DNA of 64,000 nucleotides from Candidatus Bathyarchaeia archaeon (GCA_038727135.1 JAVYWL010000001.1:288001-352000), one strand, 5' to 3'; shown: positions 9,919 to 19,756, counted from the stretch's first letter. The notes: a model not told the origin generated them from the sequence alone. Translations and numbers: made by a program.

Positions 9919-10938
9919 ATGCAAACCATAATGTGGCGCAGCGGAACAGTCGTAACAATAGACCAGATGAAGCTTCCCCATAAAACGGAGTTTCTAGAGT
10001 TAAAGAGTTGCAGCGAAGTGGCTGAAGCCATAAAAACCATGAAGATTAGAGGCGCTCCACTAATCGGGGTTGCCGCAGCCTACGCTTTGGCGCTGACAGC
10101 TTACCATTCAAAGGCGCGGCGAAAGGAGGAGCTTATCCGCGAACTGGAAGAGGCGGCAAAAATATTACGAGAGACCAGACCAACAGGGGTTAACCTCTTC
10201 TGGGCGGTTGACAGAATTTTAAAAAAAGCTGGGGCTTTCCAAGGAAGCGTTGAGGATTTAGCCGCCTTCGTCGTTGAAGAGGCAAATAGGATAGCTGAAG
10301 AAGACGTTGCGGCAAACCGCTCAATGGGAAAGCATGGAGCCACACTAATCAATGATGGGGACACGGTGCTGACACATTGCAACGCTGGGGCACTAGCAAC
10401 AGTGGACTATGGAACAGCCCTAGGCGTTATTAGGGCAGCTGTGGAACAAGGTAAAAGGGTTAGGGTTATTGCCACTGAAACCAGACCGAAGCTGCAGGGC
10501 GCCCGCCTAACAGCCTACGAGCTTAAACGGGACGGAATACCAGTCACCTTGATAAGCGACACCATGGTGGGATACGTCATGTATAAACGCATGGTTGACA
10601 AGGTTATTGTTGGAGCCGACCGTATAGTGCGGGATGCTGTAATCAACAAGATTGGAACCTACCAGATAGCAGTCCTAGCTAAAGAACACGGCATACCATT
10701 TTACGTGGCGGCTCCAAAATCCACCTTTGACTTAGCCCATACAGCAGCAGATATAACAATAGAAGAGCGAAGCCCAGAAGAGGTGACATGTATAGGTTCT
10801 GAGCGGATAGCTCCAGAAGGCGTTCCAGCCCTAAATCCAGCTTTTGACATCACGCCCATAAAATATGTGGCGGCAGTTATTTGTGAAGAAGGCATTCTAT
10901 ATAAGGACGATTTGGCAAAAATAAGCCAGCACGGTTAA
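9919..10938 (+). CDS. mtnA: S-methyl-5-thioribose-1-phosphate isomerase (eIF2B family)
   Basis: IRGAPLIG, RPTGVNL, LTHCNAGALAT, ETRPKLQGARLTAYEL, NPAFDITP. Confidence 0.9.
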   Translation: MQTIMWRSGTVVTIDQMKLPHKTEFLELKSCSEVAEAIKTMKIRGAPLIGVAAAYALALTAYHSKARRKEELIRELEEAAKILRETRPTGVNLFWAVDRILKKAGAFQGSVEDLAAFVVEEANRIAEEDVAANRSMGKHGATLINDGDTVLTHCNAGALATVDYGTALGVIRAAVEQGKRVRVIATETRPKLQGARLTAYELKRDGIPVTLISDTMVGYVMYKRMVDKVIVGADRIVRDAVINKIGTYQIAVLAKEHGIPFYVAAPKSTFDLAHTAADITIEERSPEEVTCIGSERIAPEGVPALNPAFDITPIKYVAAVICEEGILYKDDLAKISQHG

Positions 10939-10942
10939 GCAT

Positions 10943-11503
10943 ATGAGCAAAAGTAAGGAGCCACTGCAACCGCTTCGTCAAGAAACAAAAATTGAGGGAA
11001 CATTAACCGAAAAGGGAGTGAAAATCGCCAACAAACAGAGAGCAGAGGAGCTTAAAGCAAAGGGCTACGGCATAGAAGAAAACGACGGGCTTCTCCTAAA
11101 CTTTTACGAGGCACTCCACCTCCTAGATAAGGGCTTAATTTTAGTTAAAGACGAGAAGGGCTGGGAAATAGACTTCCAACAACTTCTGCAAGTCGCTGAA
11201 AAAACAGACGAGAACGCTTGGGCTAAATACATGGTTTACAGAGACCTTAGAAGCCGCGGATACGTTGTCCGCGAAGGCTTCGGCATGGGCGTAGACTTCA
11301 GAGTCTATGAAAGAGGCGAATATGGGAAGGACACAGCTAAATATCTAATCCTAAACCTTCAAGAGGGCAAACCAATAACAATGGAGGAGCTAACCCAAAT
11401 AATGAGGCAGTGCCAAAGCCTAAAAAAGGAGCTTATTTTGGCCGTTATGAGCCGAAGAGGCGAAATAGTTTACTATTCCGTCTCACAATTAACCCTACCA
11501 TAA
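10943..11503 (+). CDS. tRNA splicing endonuclease subunit, probably the structural (non-catalytic) subunit
   Basis: YRDLRSRGYVV...DFRVY...GEIVYYSV fold motifs; the catalytic His position reads KDTAKY. Confidence 0.8.
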   Translation: MSKSKEPLQPLRQETKIEGTLTEKGVKIANKQRAEELKAKGYGIEENDGLLLNFYEALHLLDKGLILVKDEKGWEIDFQQLLQVAEKTDENAWAKYMVYRDLRSRGYVVREGFGMGVDFRVYERGEYGKDTAKYLILNLQEGKPITMEELTQIMRQCQSLKKELILAVMSRRGEIVYYSVSQLTLP

Positions 11504-11533
11504 AAGAGGTAGAAGCCCAAAACGTGAACGGTT

Positions 11534-12832
11534 ATGAGCGCCTACAAAACAGTCCGGGGAATGAGGGACTTCCTACCAGAAGAAGCGAAAATAATGCGCT
11601 TCATAGAGGAAAAAGCCAGAAAAACAGCCAAACTGTACGGGTATAGGGAGATAATAACACCAGTTGTAGAGTCCTATGAGCTGGTGGCGGCAAAGGCAGG
11701 CGAAGAAGTCCGTGCAAGAATGTACGCCTTTGAAGATTTGGGCGGAAGAAAAGTTGCCTTAAGACCGGAGTTCACGGCTTCCGTTGCAAGGCTTGTGGCG
11801 ACAACAATGCGAAACGAGCCTAAACCATTGAGGCTATTCTGTGTTGGAAGTCTCTACAGATATGATGAACCACAGAAGGGACGCTTTAGGGAGTTTTGGC
11901 AGTCAAACTTTGAGCTAATGGGTTCCGAAAAACCAGAAGCCGACGCCGAAGTGCTGCTACTAACAAACACTTTAATGAAGTCTGTGGGACTGAGGAACCA
12001 CACTTTTAAAGTTGGACATGTCGGCGTTTTAAGAGGCATATTAAGCCACGAAGGACTCGAAGAGGAAACCCAAAACCGCGTCATGCAACTCATGGACAAA
12101 AAGCAGTATGAGGAAGCACTAGGCATTGTAAAGAAAGCTGGCGCGTCGGACAAGTGCCTAAAAACGCTCAGAAGACTGGTCGATTTAAAAGGAAGCAACA
12201 CTGCAAGCATTCTGGATGAAATGGAAAAACTCGTGAAAGATTATGAAAACGCATTAAAAGCGGTAAGAAATCTCAGAGAAATCCTCGAGCTGGTGGGAAA
12301 GTCAGAGAAAGAGCTGGACATAATCGTGGACGCCGGTTTCGCCCGCGGACTGGAATATTATACTGGAATGATTTTTGAGGTTTATGTGCCGGAACTGGAC
12401 ATTGCACTGGCTGGCGGGGGGAGATACGACAAACTTGTGGAGCTTTTTGGTGGAGAGCCAACACCAGCCGTTGGGGTTGCCCATGGAATAGACAGAATAA
12501 TGCTCGCTATGCAAGAGCAGAAAACCAGCTTACCAACTGAAGAGGAGAAACGGGTCATGGTTATTCCTGTTACTGAGAAACTGAACGATGAAGCCTTGAG
12601 GATTTCAGAAATACTTAGGAACGAGGGAATAGTTGTCGAAGCAGAAGTCATGGGGCGGAAGGTTACAAAGGCTTTGGAGGACGCTGACAGAAGGGGCATA
12701 AGCCACGTGGTAATAGTTGGCAAGAGGGAACTAAGCGAAGGCGCCGTCGTCCTAAGAGACATGCAGAAAAAAGAACAAGACAAGGTCAAAATTGAGGAAC
12801 TAGCCCAAAAAATAAAATCTGGCGGAATTTAG
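11534..12832 (+). CDS. hisS: histidine--tRNA ligase
   Basis: VRGMRDFLP, LRPEFTASVAR, YRYDEPQKGRFREF, RGLEYYTG, GGGRYD. Confidence 0.97.
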   Translation: MSAYKTVRGMRDFLPEEAKIMRFIEEKARKTAKLYGYREIITPVVESYELVAAKAGEEVRARMYAFEDLGGRKVALRPEFTASVARLVATTMRNEPKPLRLFCVGSLYRYDEPQKGRFREFWQSNFELMGSEKPEADAEVLLLTNTLMKSVGLRNHTFKVGHVGVLRGILSHEGLEEETQNRVMQLMDKKQYEEALGIVKKAGASDKCLKTLRRLVDLKGSNTASILDEMEKLVKDYENALKAVRNLREILELVGKSEKELDIIVDAGFARGLEYYTGMIFEVYVPELDIALAGGGRYDKLVELFGGEPTPAVGVAHGIDRIMLAMQEQKTSLPTEEEKRVMVIPVTEKLNDEALRISEILRNEGIVVEAEVMGRKVTKALEDADRRGISHVVIVGKRELSEGAVVLRDMQKKEQDKVKIEELAQKIKSGGI

Positions 12833-13338
12833 ATTTCCGAAATTTTTGTGCTTCGCTCCCTTCTTAAGAAGTCTCCAATGTCCAAAATGTTTTTGACGAC
12901 CACGCCGCTTTCCGCCTTGTCTAAGTTCCTTTCTATTCTGCCAAAGCCGAGGCACTCGCCATGGCGATTAAAAACCAATGTGTAGGCGCCTTTACCTCTT
13001 GAGCCATAAGTCTCCAATATTCCCTCCTTAAATATGTCTCTACCGCAAACGAAAAGCCAAGCCGCCTTATCATCAACAACCACCTTGTTTTGGGCTTGGT
13101 CTGCAATCATGAAAAGCAAGGGAAAACTTGGAGAGAACCTTCCATTCTCAACTTTGCCGAGATATGTGCCTGCAAAAAGCCAGTCTCCGCATTTCTCAGC
13201 AAGTTTCCTCAGACTCCGACTTAGCAAGAAAAACTTACCCTTCCTCTTAACCACCAAATCTCTGTCTAAACTAAGTTTTGCACCAAAAAGTCTGGCAAAA
13301 TCCTCTATAGGCTTCGCCACGGCTACTTTCACCCACAC
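12829..13338 (-). CDS. nip7: Nip7-like PUA ribosome biogenesis protein
   Basis: AGTYLG, KVVVDDKAAWLFVCGRDIF, NILDIGDFLRRE. Confidence 0.75.
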   Translation of the reverse strand: MWVKVAVAKPIEDFARLFGAKLSLDRDLVVKRKGKFFLLSRSLRKLAEKCGDWLFAGTYLGKVENGRFSPSFPLLFMIADQAQNKVVVDDKAAWLFVCGRDIFKEGILETYGSRGKGAYTLVFNRHGECLGFGRIERNLDKAESGVVVKNILDIGDFLRRERSTKISEI

Positions 13339-14240
13339 CTGCGCTTTTTAAGTTTGCAGACAAAAAAGCCTTGAGTTTCACCAGGCCATATACGGCGACA
13401 ATTCCCAACGGAATCATCTAGTTTTTTGCCGAAGATTTTTGTTGGCGCCTCCTCTCCATAGCATTCTATCTCCACAGTTTTAAGGCCCAGATTCTTCACA
13501 GCCCAGTCAATGTTTAGTTCGTCTTCTTCCGGCTCCAAGGAGCAAGTAGCATAAACTATTTCGCCATCCTCTTTTAGAACTTTAACGGCTTCTGCAAGAA
13601 TCTCCCTTTGAAGCCTAGCGTTTCTCTTAACATCAGCCAGCGTTCTTCGCCTAAACCAGCCTTTGTCAGTGACGAAGTTGCCGGAACATGGCACATCAAG
13701 CAATATTCTATCAAACTTCAAACCAAGCTTTGAGGCTTTTCTGGCATCCAGCCGATAAACAATGGTGTTTTTTACACGACAACGCTCCAACTGATTTTGT
13801 AAGGCATTGAGCCTTCGCCTATCAACATCCAAAGCCACAATGACGCCGGTGTTCTCCATCAAGTCAGCCAATTGAACAGTCTTGCCGCCTGGAGCGGCAC
13901 AAGCATCTAAAACAGTCTTGCCCCTTAAATCTGTGAACAATGCTGCTGGGATTTGAGCCGCAGCCTCTTGGATGGAATAATAGCCCAAAAGATACTCCAC
14001 AGTGGCGCCGACAGAAAAATCTGAACGCGTAACCCAGTAACCACCACGCAGAAACGGGATTTCCTCAAGCTCAACCCCCAAACCCCTAAGCCTCTCCAAA
14101 ATCTTGACGCCCTTAACATTCATGGCATTAACCCTGATGGCTTGTTTTGGCGCAACATCCCTAAACTCCCAACCCAACAATCGATAACGACCAACAAAAA
14201 ACTTCTTACCAAACATCAAAAACACAAAAGCCAACAACAA
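13329..14240 (-). CDS. RsmB/NOP2 family RNA cytosine-C5 methyltransferase
   Basis: VLDACAAPGGKT, DRILLDVPCSG, VYATCSLEPEEDE, GFFVCKL; true start may be slightly internal. Confidence 0.9.
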   Translation of the reverse strand: MLLAFVFLMFGKKFFVGRYRLLGWEFRDVAPKQAIRVNAMNVKGVKILERLRGLGVELEEIPFLRGGYWVTRSDFSVGATVEYLLGYYSIQEAAAQIPAALFTDLRGKTVLDACAAPGGKTVQLADLMENTGVIVALDVDRRRLNALQNQLERCRVKNTIVYRLDARKASKLGLKFDRILLDVPCSGNFVTDKGWFRRRTLADVKRNARLQREILAEAVKVLKEDGEIVYATCSLEPEEDELNIDWAVKNLGLKTVEIECYGEEAPTKIFGKKLDDSVGNCRRIWPGETQGFFVCKLKKRRCG

Positions 14241-14391
14241 TAAAAACTTGACTATAAAGCAAAACAGAAAACTAGAGGGGGACTATCAATTTTGCAGTCT
14301 CTACCCAACACAAAATTGACATTTGCCATTAACAACACAGAACATAACGCTTTTTAGGAAAGCATGGATAAGAGATAACCGGAAATTATCG

Positions 14392-14469
14392 GCGGCCGTA
14401 GTCTAGCCTGGACTAGGACATCAGCCTGCCACGCTGACGACCCGGGTTCAAATCCCGGCGGCCGCACCA
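14392..14469 (+). tRNA. tRNA-Gly (GCC), CCA encoded, no intron
   Basis: Acceptor GCGGCCG/CGGCCGC-A-CCA; anticodon arm TCAGC-CTGCCAC-GCTGA; T arm CCGGG-TTCAAAT-CCCGG. Confidence 0.97.
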
Positions 14470-14516
14470 TAGATTTTTATCTTAAAACACACAATTAATG
14501 GCTGGAGTTGGTGTGT

Positions 14517-14714
14517 ATGCCTATAGTTCATGTGTATGTTTGGGAAGGTTTCGGAAAAGACCGAGTTAAAACATTAATTCGTGAGATAACCAAGGTGTTT
14601 GGTGGTTTAGGTGTTCCTGAAAGCGTCGTCGAAGTTGTTGTGCATGAAGTCCCAAAAACGCATTGGGGCATTGGTGGGGAGCCAGCTTCTGAAAAGTTCA
14701 AGGATAAGCCTTAA
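14517..14714 (+). CDS. 4-oxalocrotonate tautomerase family protein
   Basis: M-PIVHV start (catalytic Pro1) and EVPKTHWGIGG. Confidence 0.85.
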   Translation: MPIVHVYVWEGFGKDRVKTLIREITKVFGGLGVPESVVEVVVHEVPKTHWGIGGEPASEKFKDKP

Positions 14715-15447
14715 GGCGAATCATATCTTCAATTTTTCTTTTCGCCTCACACATGTTTCTGGCTATGGCGTCTGGTTTCTGCCCGCTTTCAACAAGCTTT
14801 TTAATTGGGAAAAATTGGGAGGCAACAAAGACTGTTTTCATGCCCAGCTGCTTTGCGCCCTTAATGTCTTCTTCTGGGCTGTCTCCAACATAAAGCGCCT
14901 CTTCAGCTGCAACTCCAAGTCTCTTTAATGCTTCTTCGAAGATTTTGGCGTGGGGCTTCCGCCAACCAACAGCATCTGAAACAAGAACCACGTCGAAAAA
15001 ATTGCTTATCCCAACCCTCCTAAGCCCAGCATATATTACAGGGGCATATGTAAAGTTTGAAACAAGTCCAAGCTTACAATCCCCAGCCAAAGCTTCCAAT
15101 GTTTGCCTTGCACACTTCCTAAGCCTAAAAGAATTCAGATAATCCTCAAAGAAAATGTTAACAGCAGTCCTTATGCGAGTGTCCTCTGGACTTGTTTTGA
15201 ACCCCAAACTGTTTAGGGCTTCGGAAATCCATATGGCATTTGTAACTTCGACAAGCCTCTGGTAGCGTATAACACGATACTTTTCATGAGCTTGGCTGTA
15301 CGCCTCCAAAAAGTCTTTTTGACTCACATTAAAACCAGCATCAACAATGGACTTGTAAAGCTTCATTTTGGAAGTTTCCAGATTGTAGCCCTTGACACCC
15401 ACCAGTGTGCCAATAAAGTCAAACATTACAGCTTTAATGGGCGGCAA
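14698..15447 (-). CDS. HAD-superfamily hydrolase
   Basis: FDFIGTL, LVSN, KPHAKIF, YVGDSPEEDIKGA. Confidence 0.9.
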   Translation of the reverse strand: MPPIKAVMFDFIGTLVGVKGYNLETSKMKLYKSIVDAGFNVSQKDFLEAYSQAHEKYRVIRYQRLVEVTNAIWISEALNSLGFKTSPEDTRIRTAVNIFFEDYLNSFRLRKCARQTLEALAGDCKLGLVSNFTYAPVIYAGLRRVGISNFFDVVLVSDAVGWRKPHAKIFEEALKRLGVAAEEALYVGDSPEEDIKGAKQLGMKTVFVASQFFPIKKLVESGQKPDAIARNMCEAKRKIEDMIRLKAYP

Positions 15448-15550
15448 AGCCTTGCTTCTCCAACTTATGAATTTTAATTCTTCTCTGCAATACTTATTTT
15501 CATTTAATAAGGTTTAGGTATATGTCCAATAATGAGAATAATGAGGCACC

Positions 15551-15949
15551 ATGTCCTTCAGGGACTATCTTCACGAGAAAGCCGAAGAGTCAAGACATAA
15601 TGAGACTGTTGCTTATCTAATGTTTCTCGCCGGAACAATATTCTTTGTTGGGGGAATCCTTGAAAACCTACTCATAAGCAGTGTGATCAAGGTAAGCCCT
15701 GAATGGTTTTTGTTCATTCCATATTATGCTGTTTTCCACAGCGGAACGGTTCTGGGTTTAGCCCTAATAATTTGTGGTTTAACCCTAATCGTGTATGGCA
15801 TAACAGCCGGAATAAGTTATTCGAGGGACAGAAGCTGGTACATGAACGAGTTGCGGAAGGCAAACTCTATGGAAGAAGTCTTACTATCAAAAAAGCGGGT
15901 TTCAAGCGAGACAAAACCGCAAAAACCGGCAAAGAAAACAGCCAAATAG
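15551..15949 (+). CDS. hypothetical two-TM membrane protein
   Basis: Two hydrophobic helices, GAGG RBS before the ATG, basic tail. Confidence 0.7.
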   Translation: MSFRDYLHEKAEESRHNETVAYLMFLAGTIFFVGGILENLLISSVIKVSPEWFLFIPYYAVFHSGTVLGLALIICGLTLIVYGITAGISYSRDRSWYMNELRKANSMEEVLLSKKRVSSETKPQKPAKKTAK

Positions 15950-15950
15950 A

Positions 15951-16679
15951 TTAAAGGAAAACTTTTGAGACTATTTCAGCCAGTTTTTTGGCAAAATCCG
16001 TCTTCAAAAGTGAGTTCACGTCTCCCAGCGAATCCTCAACCTTTGGGTCAAAGGGCAACTCTCCAAGAAAGCGAAAACCAGCATTGCCAACGTTTTGCAT
16101 TGTGAAATCGCTTTCCCTAATTTTCATGTTCTCAACAACACCTACTACTGGCACTTTAAGCTCTGCAAGCAGACCTAGAAGTTTTTTAACTGTTTCAAAA
16201 GCGAGCGGTGAAGGTGTTGTAACTATGAGGAAGTTTATGCCTTTAACAAGCCTAATAAGGTCTAATGTGGCGTCGCTTATGCCTGGAGGCATATCAATTA
16301 TTAGGAAGTCTAAATCCCCCCATACCGTAGCGGCGAAAAGCTCCATAAGGACGTTTGAAACATCTGCGCCCCTTAATGGCAACACTTTCTCCTTTGAATA
16401 AGCGACAATCGAGACGTATTTTAAACCGTGAACATATGCCGGGGTTATGCCCTTCTCCTCTTTTAGCTTAACATCTTTAACGCCTAAAATTAGGTGAGTT
16501 GAGGGACTCGTGAAATCAGCGTCAAACAGCCCAACCTTAAAGTTTTCTCTTGCCACTGTGAGGGCAAGGGTGGATGCGACAAGGCTTTTCCCAACCCCAC
16601 CCTTACCACTTGAAACGGCAACTATGCGCTTTACCCCTTCAAGTCTCTTGTTGATTATGCTTTCCCGTGGATCCGGCAT
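15951..16679 (-). CDS. hypB: Mrp/MinD-family ATPase, ATP-type HypB (Thermococcales-like)
   Basis: DPRE...RLEGVKRI, SGKGGVGKS, IDMPPG, VVENMK; no CxxC of Fe-S carrier Mrp; directly downstream of hypA. Confidence 0.75.
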   Translation of the reverse strand: MPDPRESIINKRLEGVKRIVAVSSGKGGVGKSLVASTLALTVARENFKVGLFDADFTSPSTHLILGVKDVKLKEEKGITPAYVHGLKYVSIVAYSKEKVLPLRGADVSNVLMELFAATVWGDLDFLIIDMPPGISDATLDLIRLVKGINFLIVTTPSPLAFETVKKLLGLLAELKVPVVGVVENMKIRESDFTMQNVGNAGFRFLGELPFDPKVEDSLGDVNSLLKTDFAKKLAEIVSKVFL

Positions 16680-16681
16680 GT

Positions 16682-17080
16682 CTATTTTACCCCCTTTACG
16701 CTTTCAAGCCACACGCCTCTTCCTTGCAAAATTTCAAAGTCTGGACTGCCGCATCTTGGACATTTAATAAAGGCGTGGGCTGTTTCTGGAACGAAGTGGA
16801 TGGCCTCGGCTGTTTCCTCGTTTAGTTTGTTGCGGCTAAAAGACCACGTGTGTCTGCAGACTCTGCACTGTAATTCGGCTTTGACAGTTTCAATGAGAAA
16901 TTTTGCGTTTTTGAGCTTGTCCACTTTGAGCTCTGACAATGCGAACTCTAAAATGTCCACTTCCACTTGTTGAAGCTCGCCCACTTTTATCTTGACTTCC
17001 CTAACCTCCTTTAACCCCTCCTTTTCAGCTATTTGCAAGGCAGAAGAGATTATTGCCTCCGCCAAAGCCCACTCATGCAT
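16682..17080 (-). CDS. hypA: hydrogenase nickel metallochaperone HypA
   Basis: MHEWALA start, GELQ, CRVC...HFVPE...CPRCGS. Confidence 0.93.
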   Translation of the reverse strand: MHEWALAEAIISSALQIAEKEGLKEVREVKIKVGELQQVEVDILEFALSELKVDKLKNAKFLIETVKAELQCRVCRHTWSFSRNKLNEETAEAIHFVPETAHAFIKCPRCGSPDFEILQGRGVWLESVKGVK

Positions 17081-17199
17081 AGGAAAGCCTCCGCAAAGCC
17101 GCATTTAAAAATATTGCAGCCTAACGCCTTTAAACGCCTTTAGATGGGACGAAAAATTTTTAAACATCCAGTTTTCCCAACCAAAATTTGGTGATGGCC

Positions 17200-17256
17200 A
17201 TGCCAAAGAAGAAGAAGGAAGAGAAGAAAGAGGAGAAGAAAGAAGAAAAGAAGTAA
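17200..17256 (+). CDS. putative 18-aa Lys/Glu micropeptide MPKKKKEEKKEEKKEEKK
   Basis: TATA-like TTTTTAAA ending at 17164, GGTGA RBS at 17190-17194, clean ORF, pyrimidine tracts downstream. Confidence 0.45.
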   Translation: MPKKKKEEKKEEKKEEKK

Positions 17257-17399
17257 AAGCTCTCTTCGCCTCTTAAAAGTGCTTGGCCTCACCAATCCAC
17301 AGTTAAAACTTCAATATCTTCTCCCTGCTTCTTTTTCTTTAATTTGCAAAATGAGAAGTGTTAAATTGCCGCGTTTATTTTTGACTTTCAAGTGTCGAG

Positions 17400-18251
17400 A
17401 TGGCTAAAATTAGCCGGGTAGCCATAATTAAGGGCCCAAACCCGATAGAAACAACTGTTAAGGCGCTTGAAGCGATAAAGTCGGATTTGGATGCTGTTCT
17501 TTCCGCTAAAAAGTCCATTCTGATAAAGCCCAACTACATAACGGCTCAACACCCATCAACTGGAGTTACAACTGACGGCAGAGTAGTGGAAGGCGTTGTT
17601 AAATTCCTTAAAGAGCATGGCAAAAACAACATTGTTATTGGCGAGGGAAGCGGTTGGGCAGATACTTTTGAGGCTTTCAAAGTTGCTGGAATAGACAAAA
17701 TAAGCGAAAAGTGGAAGGTGAAACTGGTCGACCTTAACAAGGACATTTTCGTTGAGGTTTACCCACCAAATCCCATAACACTCAAAAAGGTCAAGGTGGC
17801 GAAAACAGCCCTAGAAAGCGTAATAATAAGTGTTCCGAAACTGAAGCTTCATAGGCTCGCCACCGTCACGCTTGGGATAAAGAACATGATGGGAGCCCTA
17901 GCCTCTAAAGGAAGCATGCACAATGGAAGGTTACACGCGAACATCGCAGACTTGGCTTCGGTGCTAAAGCCAAGCTTAACGGTCATTGATGGGATAATAG
18001 CTGGAGAAGGCCATGAAACAAGCGGGAATCCCGTAAAAATGGATTTAGTTATAGCGGGCACAGATCCCGTGGCTGTTGACGCCGTCGGAGCTGCTGTTAT
18101 GGGAGTTTCACCAACAGAGGTTGAGCATTTAGTTCTGGCTGAGAAAAAGGGCCTTGGAACATGTCAACTGAAAAACATTGAAGTCATCGGAGAGCCTATT
18201 GAAAAAGTGAAGAGAAAGTTCCGCAGGTCCATCTCTTCAAAAATTCTTTGA
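17400..18251 (+). CDS. DUF362 family protein
   Basis: ILIKPN, TTDGRVV, IGEGSG, VPKLKLH...TLGIKNMMG, DPVAVD. Confidence 0.85.
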   Translation: MAKISRVAIIKGPNPIETTVKALEAIKSDLDAVLSAKKSILIKPNYITAQHPSTGVTTDGRVVEGVVKFLKEHGKNNIVIGEGSGWADTFEAFKVAGIDKISEKWKVKLVDLNKDIFVEVYPPNPITLKKVKVAKTALESVIISVPKLKLHRLATVTLGIKNMMGALASKGSMHNGRLHANIADLASVLKPSLTVIDGIIAGEGHETSGNPVKMDLVIAGTDPVAVDAVGAAVMGVSPTEVEHLVLAEKKGLGTCQLKNIEVIGEPIEKVKRKFRRSISSKIL

Positions 18252-18312
18252 ATATTTCTAAAAACTTTAGGAAAAGCTTTTAAGAATTCATTTTTAACGT
18301 AAAGGGAAGCTT

Positions 18313-19713
18313 ATGGCTGAAGACTCTGAAAGCCCACCAGAGCCTAGCGGAATAAGCAAGTACAGAGACAAAATTATTGACGGCCCCATTATTCGAACAA
18401 TTTTTTGGCTGGGAACACCTCCCCTTGTGAACCAGCTTGTGGTTGTAGCCTATAATGTGGCAGACACTTATTGGCTTAGCGTTTACAGTGAGCAAGCCGT
18501 AGCTGTTCCGAGGCAAATGTGGCCAATCCTCATGCTTTTTCAAGCCCTTGCAAACGCCATCACAACTGCAAGCCTAAGCGTAATCTCACAGTATGTAGGG
18601 AGCAAAGCTTACCGAGAAGCAAGCAAATCAGCCTCCCGCTTCTTTACGCTGTCCCTCATATCTGGCGGCGCCTTAAGCATACTCCTTTTAGCTCTTAGAA
18701 ACTCGATCTTCACGGTTGTTGTGTCCACCCCCACAGAAATTTTTGAGGATGTGATGAAGTATTCTGGCGTTATAGCCTTCGACGTGTTTTTCAACTACAT
18801 AGCCCTCACATACACGACAATTCTCCAAAGCGTGGGAGACACAAGAAGACCAGCAATTGTTAACGTTATGTCTGTCACCATAAACATAGCCCTTGACCCA
18901 TTCCTTGTTCTGGGCATAGGACCCTTTCCAAGGCTTGGGGTAGTTGGAGCAGCCATAACAGATGTTATGGGAAAAATAATATCGATAACGGCGTTAACGT
19001 ACATTTTAAGGAGATACTACCCAGAGCTTCACGTAAGACCCGCTAGGGAAATAGACGCCACGTGGGCTCGCTTGGTTTTACGTATAGGGCTGCCGATTTT
19101 AACGCTTGGGTTGACGAACGGCTTCGCTTTCCTCATGCAGCTTAGACTTGTTAACATGCTTGGAATCATAACTGCAACCGCCTTTTCCATAGGTTTTGTA
19201 ATGATGGATATCGTGGACGCTGCTCTTTGGGGTTTAAGCGGAGCCCCAGCCATAATGATAGGACAAAGCCTCGGCGCAGACAACCCCAAAAGAGCAAGAG
19301 AAGTAGCCTTCAAAGCAGCCCTCCTCATATTTGCCCTGATGATGGCAAGTGCTGCCATAATATACCCGATCAGAAGAAACCTAGTGGACGTCTTCGCAGA
19401 CGACCCCAACACAATAAATGAGACAGACATTTTCCTCCAAACAATGTTGCCAACACTCCCATTCTTCGGACTTTTCGCCGTAGCCCTATCCGTCGGAAGA
19501 GGCTCCGGACACACAACATTTCCAACAGGCCTAGGAATGATGAGGCTCTGGGGAATAAGGATAGCCGCAGGCTACATTATGGCCTTCATTCTAGGCATGG
19601 GCTCTATAGGGGTTTGGCTGGCCATAGCAATAAGCAACATCATAGGCGGAATAATAGCCATACTATGGATAAAATATGGAAACTGGGCGAAGGCAGTCAT
19701 CAAAAATAACTAG
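18313..19713 (+). CDS. MATE family efflux transporter
   Basis: YNVADTYWL, GDTRRP, NIALDPFLVLG...LGVVGAAI; about 12 TM segments. Confidence 0.92.
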   Translation: MAEDSESPPEPSGISKYRDKIIDGPIIRTIFWLGTPPLVNQLVVVAYNVADTYWLSVYSEQAVAVPRQMWPILMLFQALANAITTASLSVISQYVGSKAYREASKSASRFFTLSLISGGALSILLLALRNSIFTVVVSTPTEIFEDVMKYSGVIAFDVFFNYIALTYTTILQSVGDTRRPAIVNVMSVTINIALDPFLVLGIGPFPRLGVVGAAITDVMGKIISITALTYILRRYYPELHVRPAREIDATWARLVLRIGLPILTLGLTNGFAFLMQLRLVNMLGIITATAFSIGFVMMDIVDAALWGLSGAPAIMIGQSLGADNPKRAREVAFKAALLIFALMMASAAIIYPIRRNLVDVFADDPNTINETDIFLQTMLPTLPFFGLFAVALSVGRGSGHTTFPTGLGMMRLWGIRIAAGYIMAFILGMGSIGVWLAIAISNIIGGIIAILWIKYGNWAKAVIKNN

Positions 19714-19756
19714 AGTAGAGGTAGAGAAAATAAAACTCTGTCAAAAACCATTTTCA

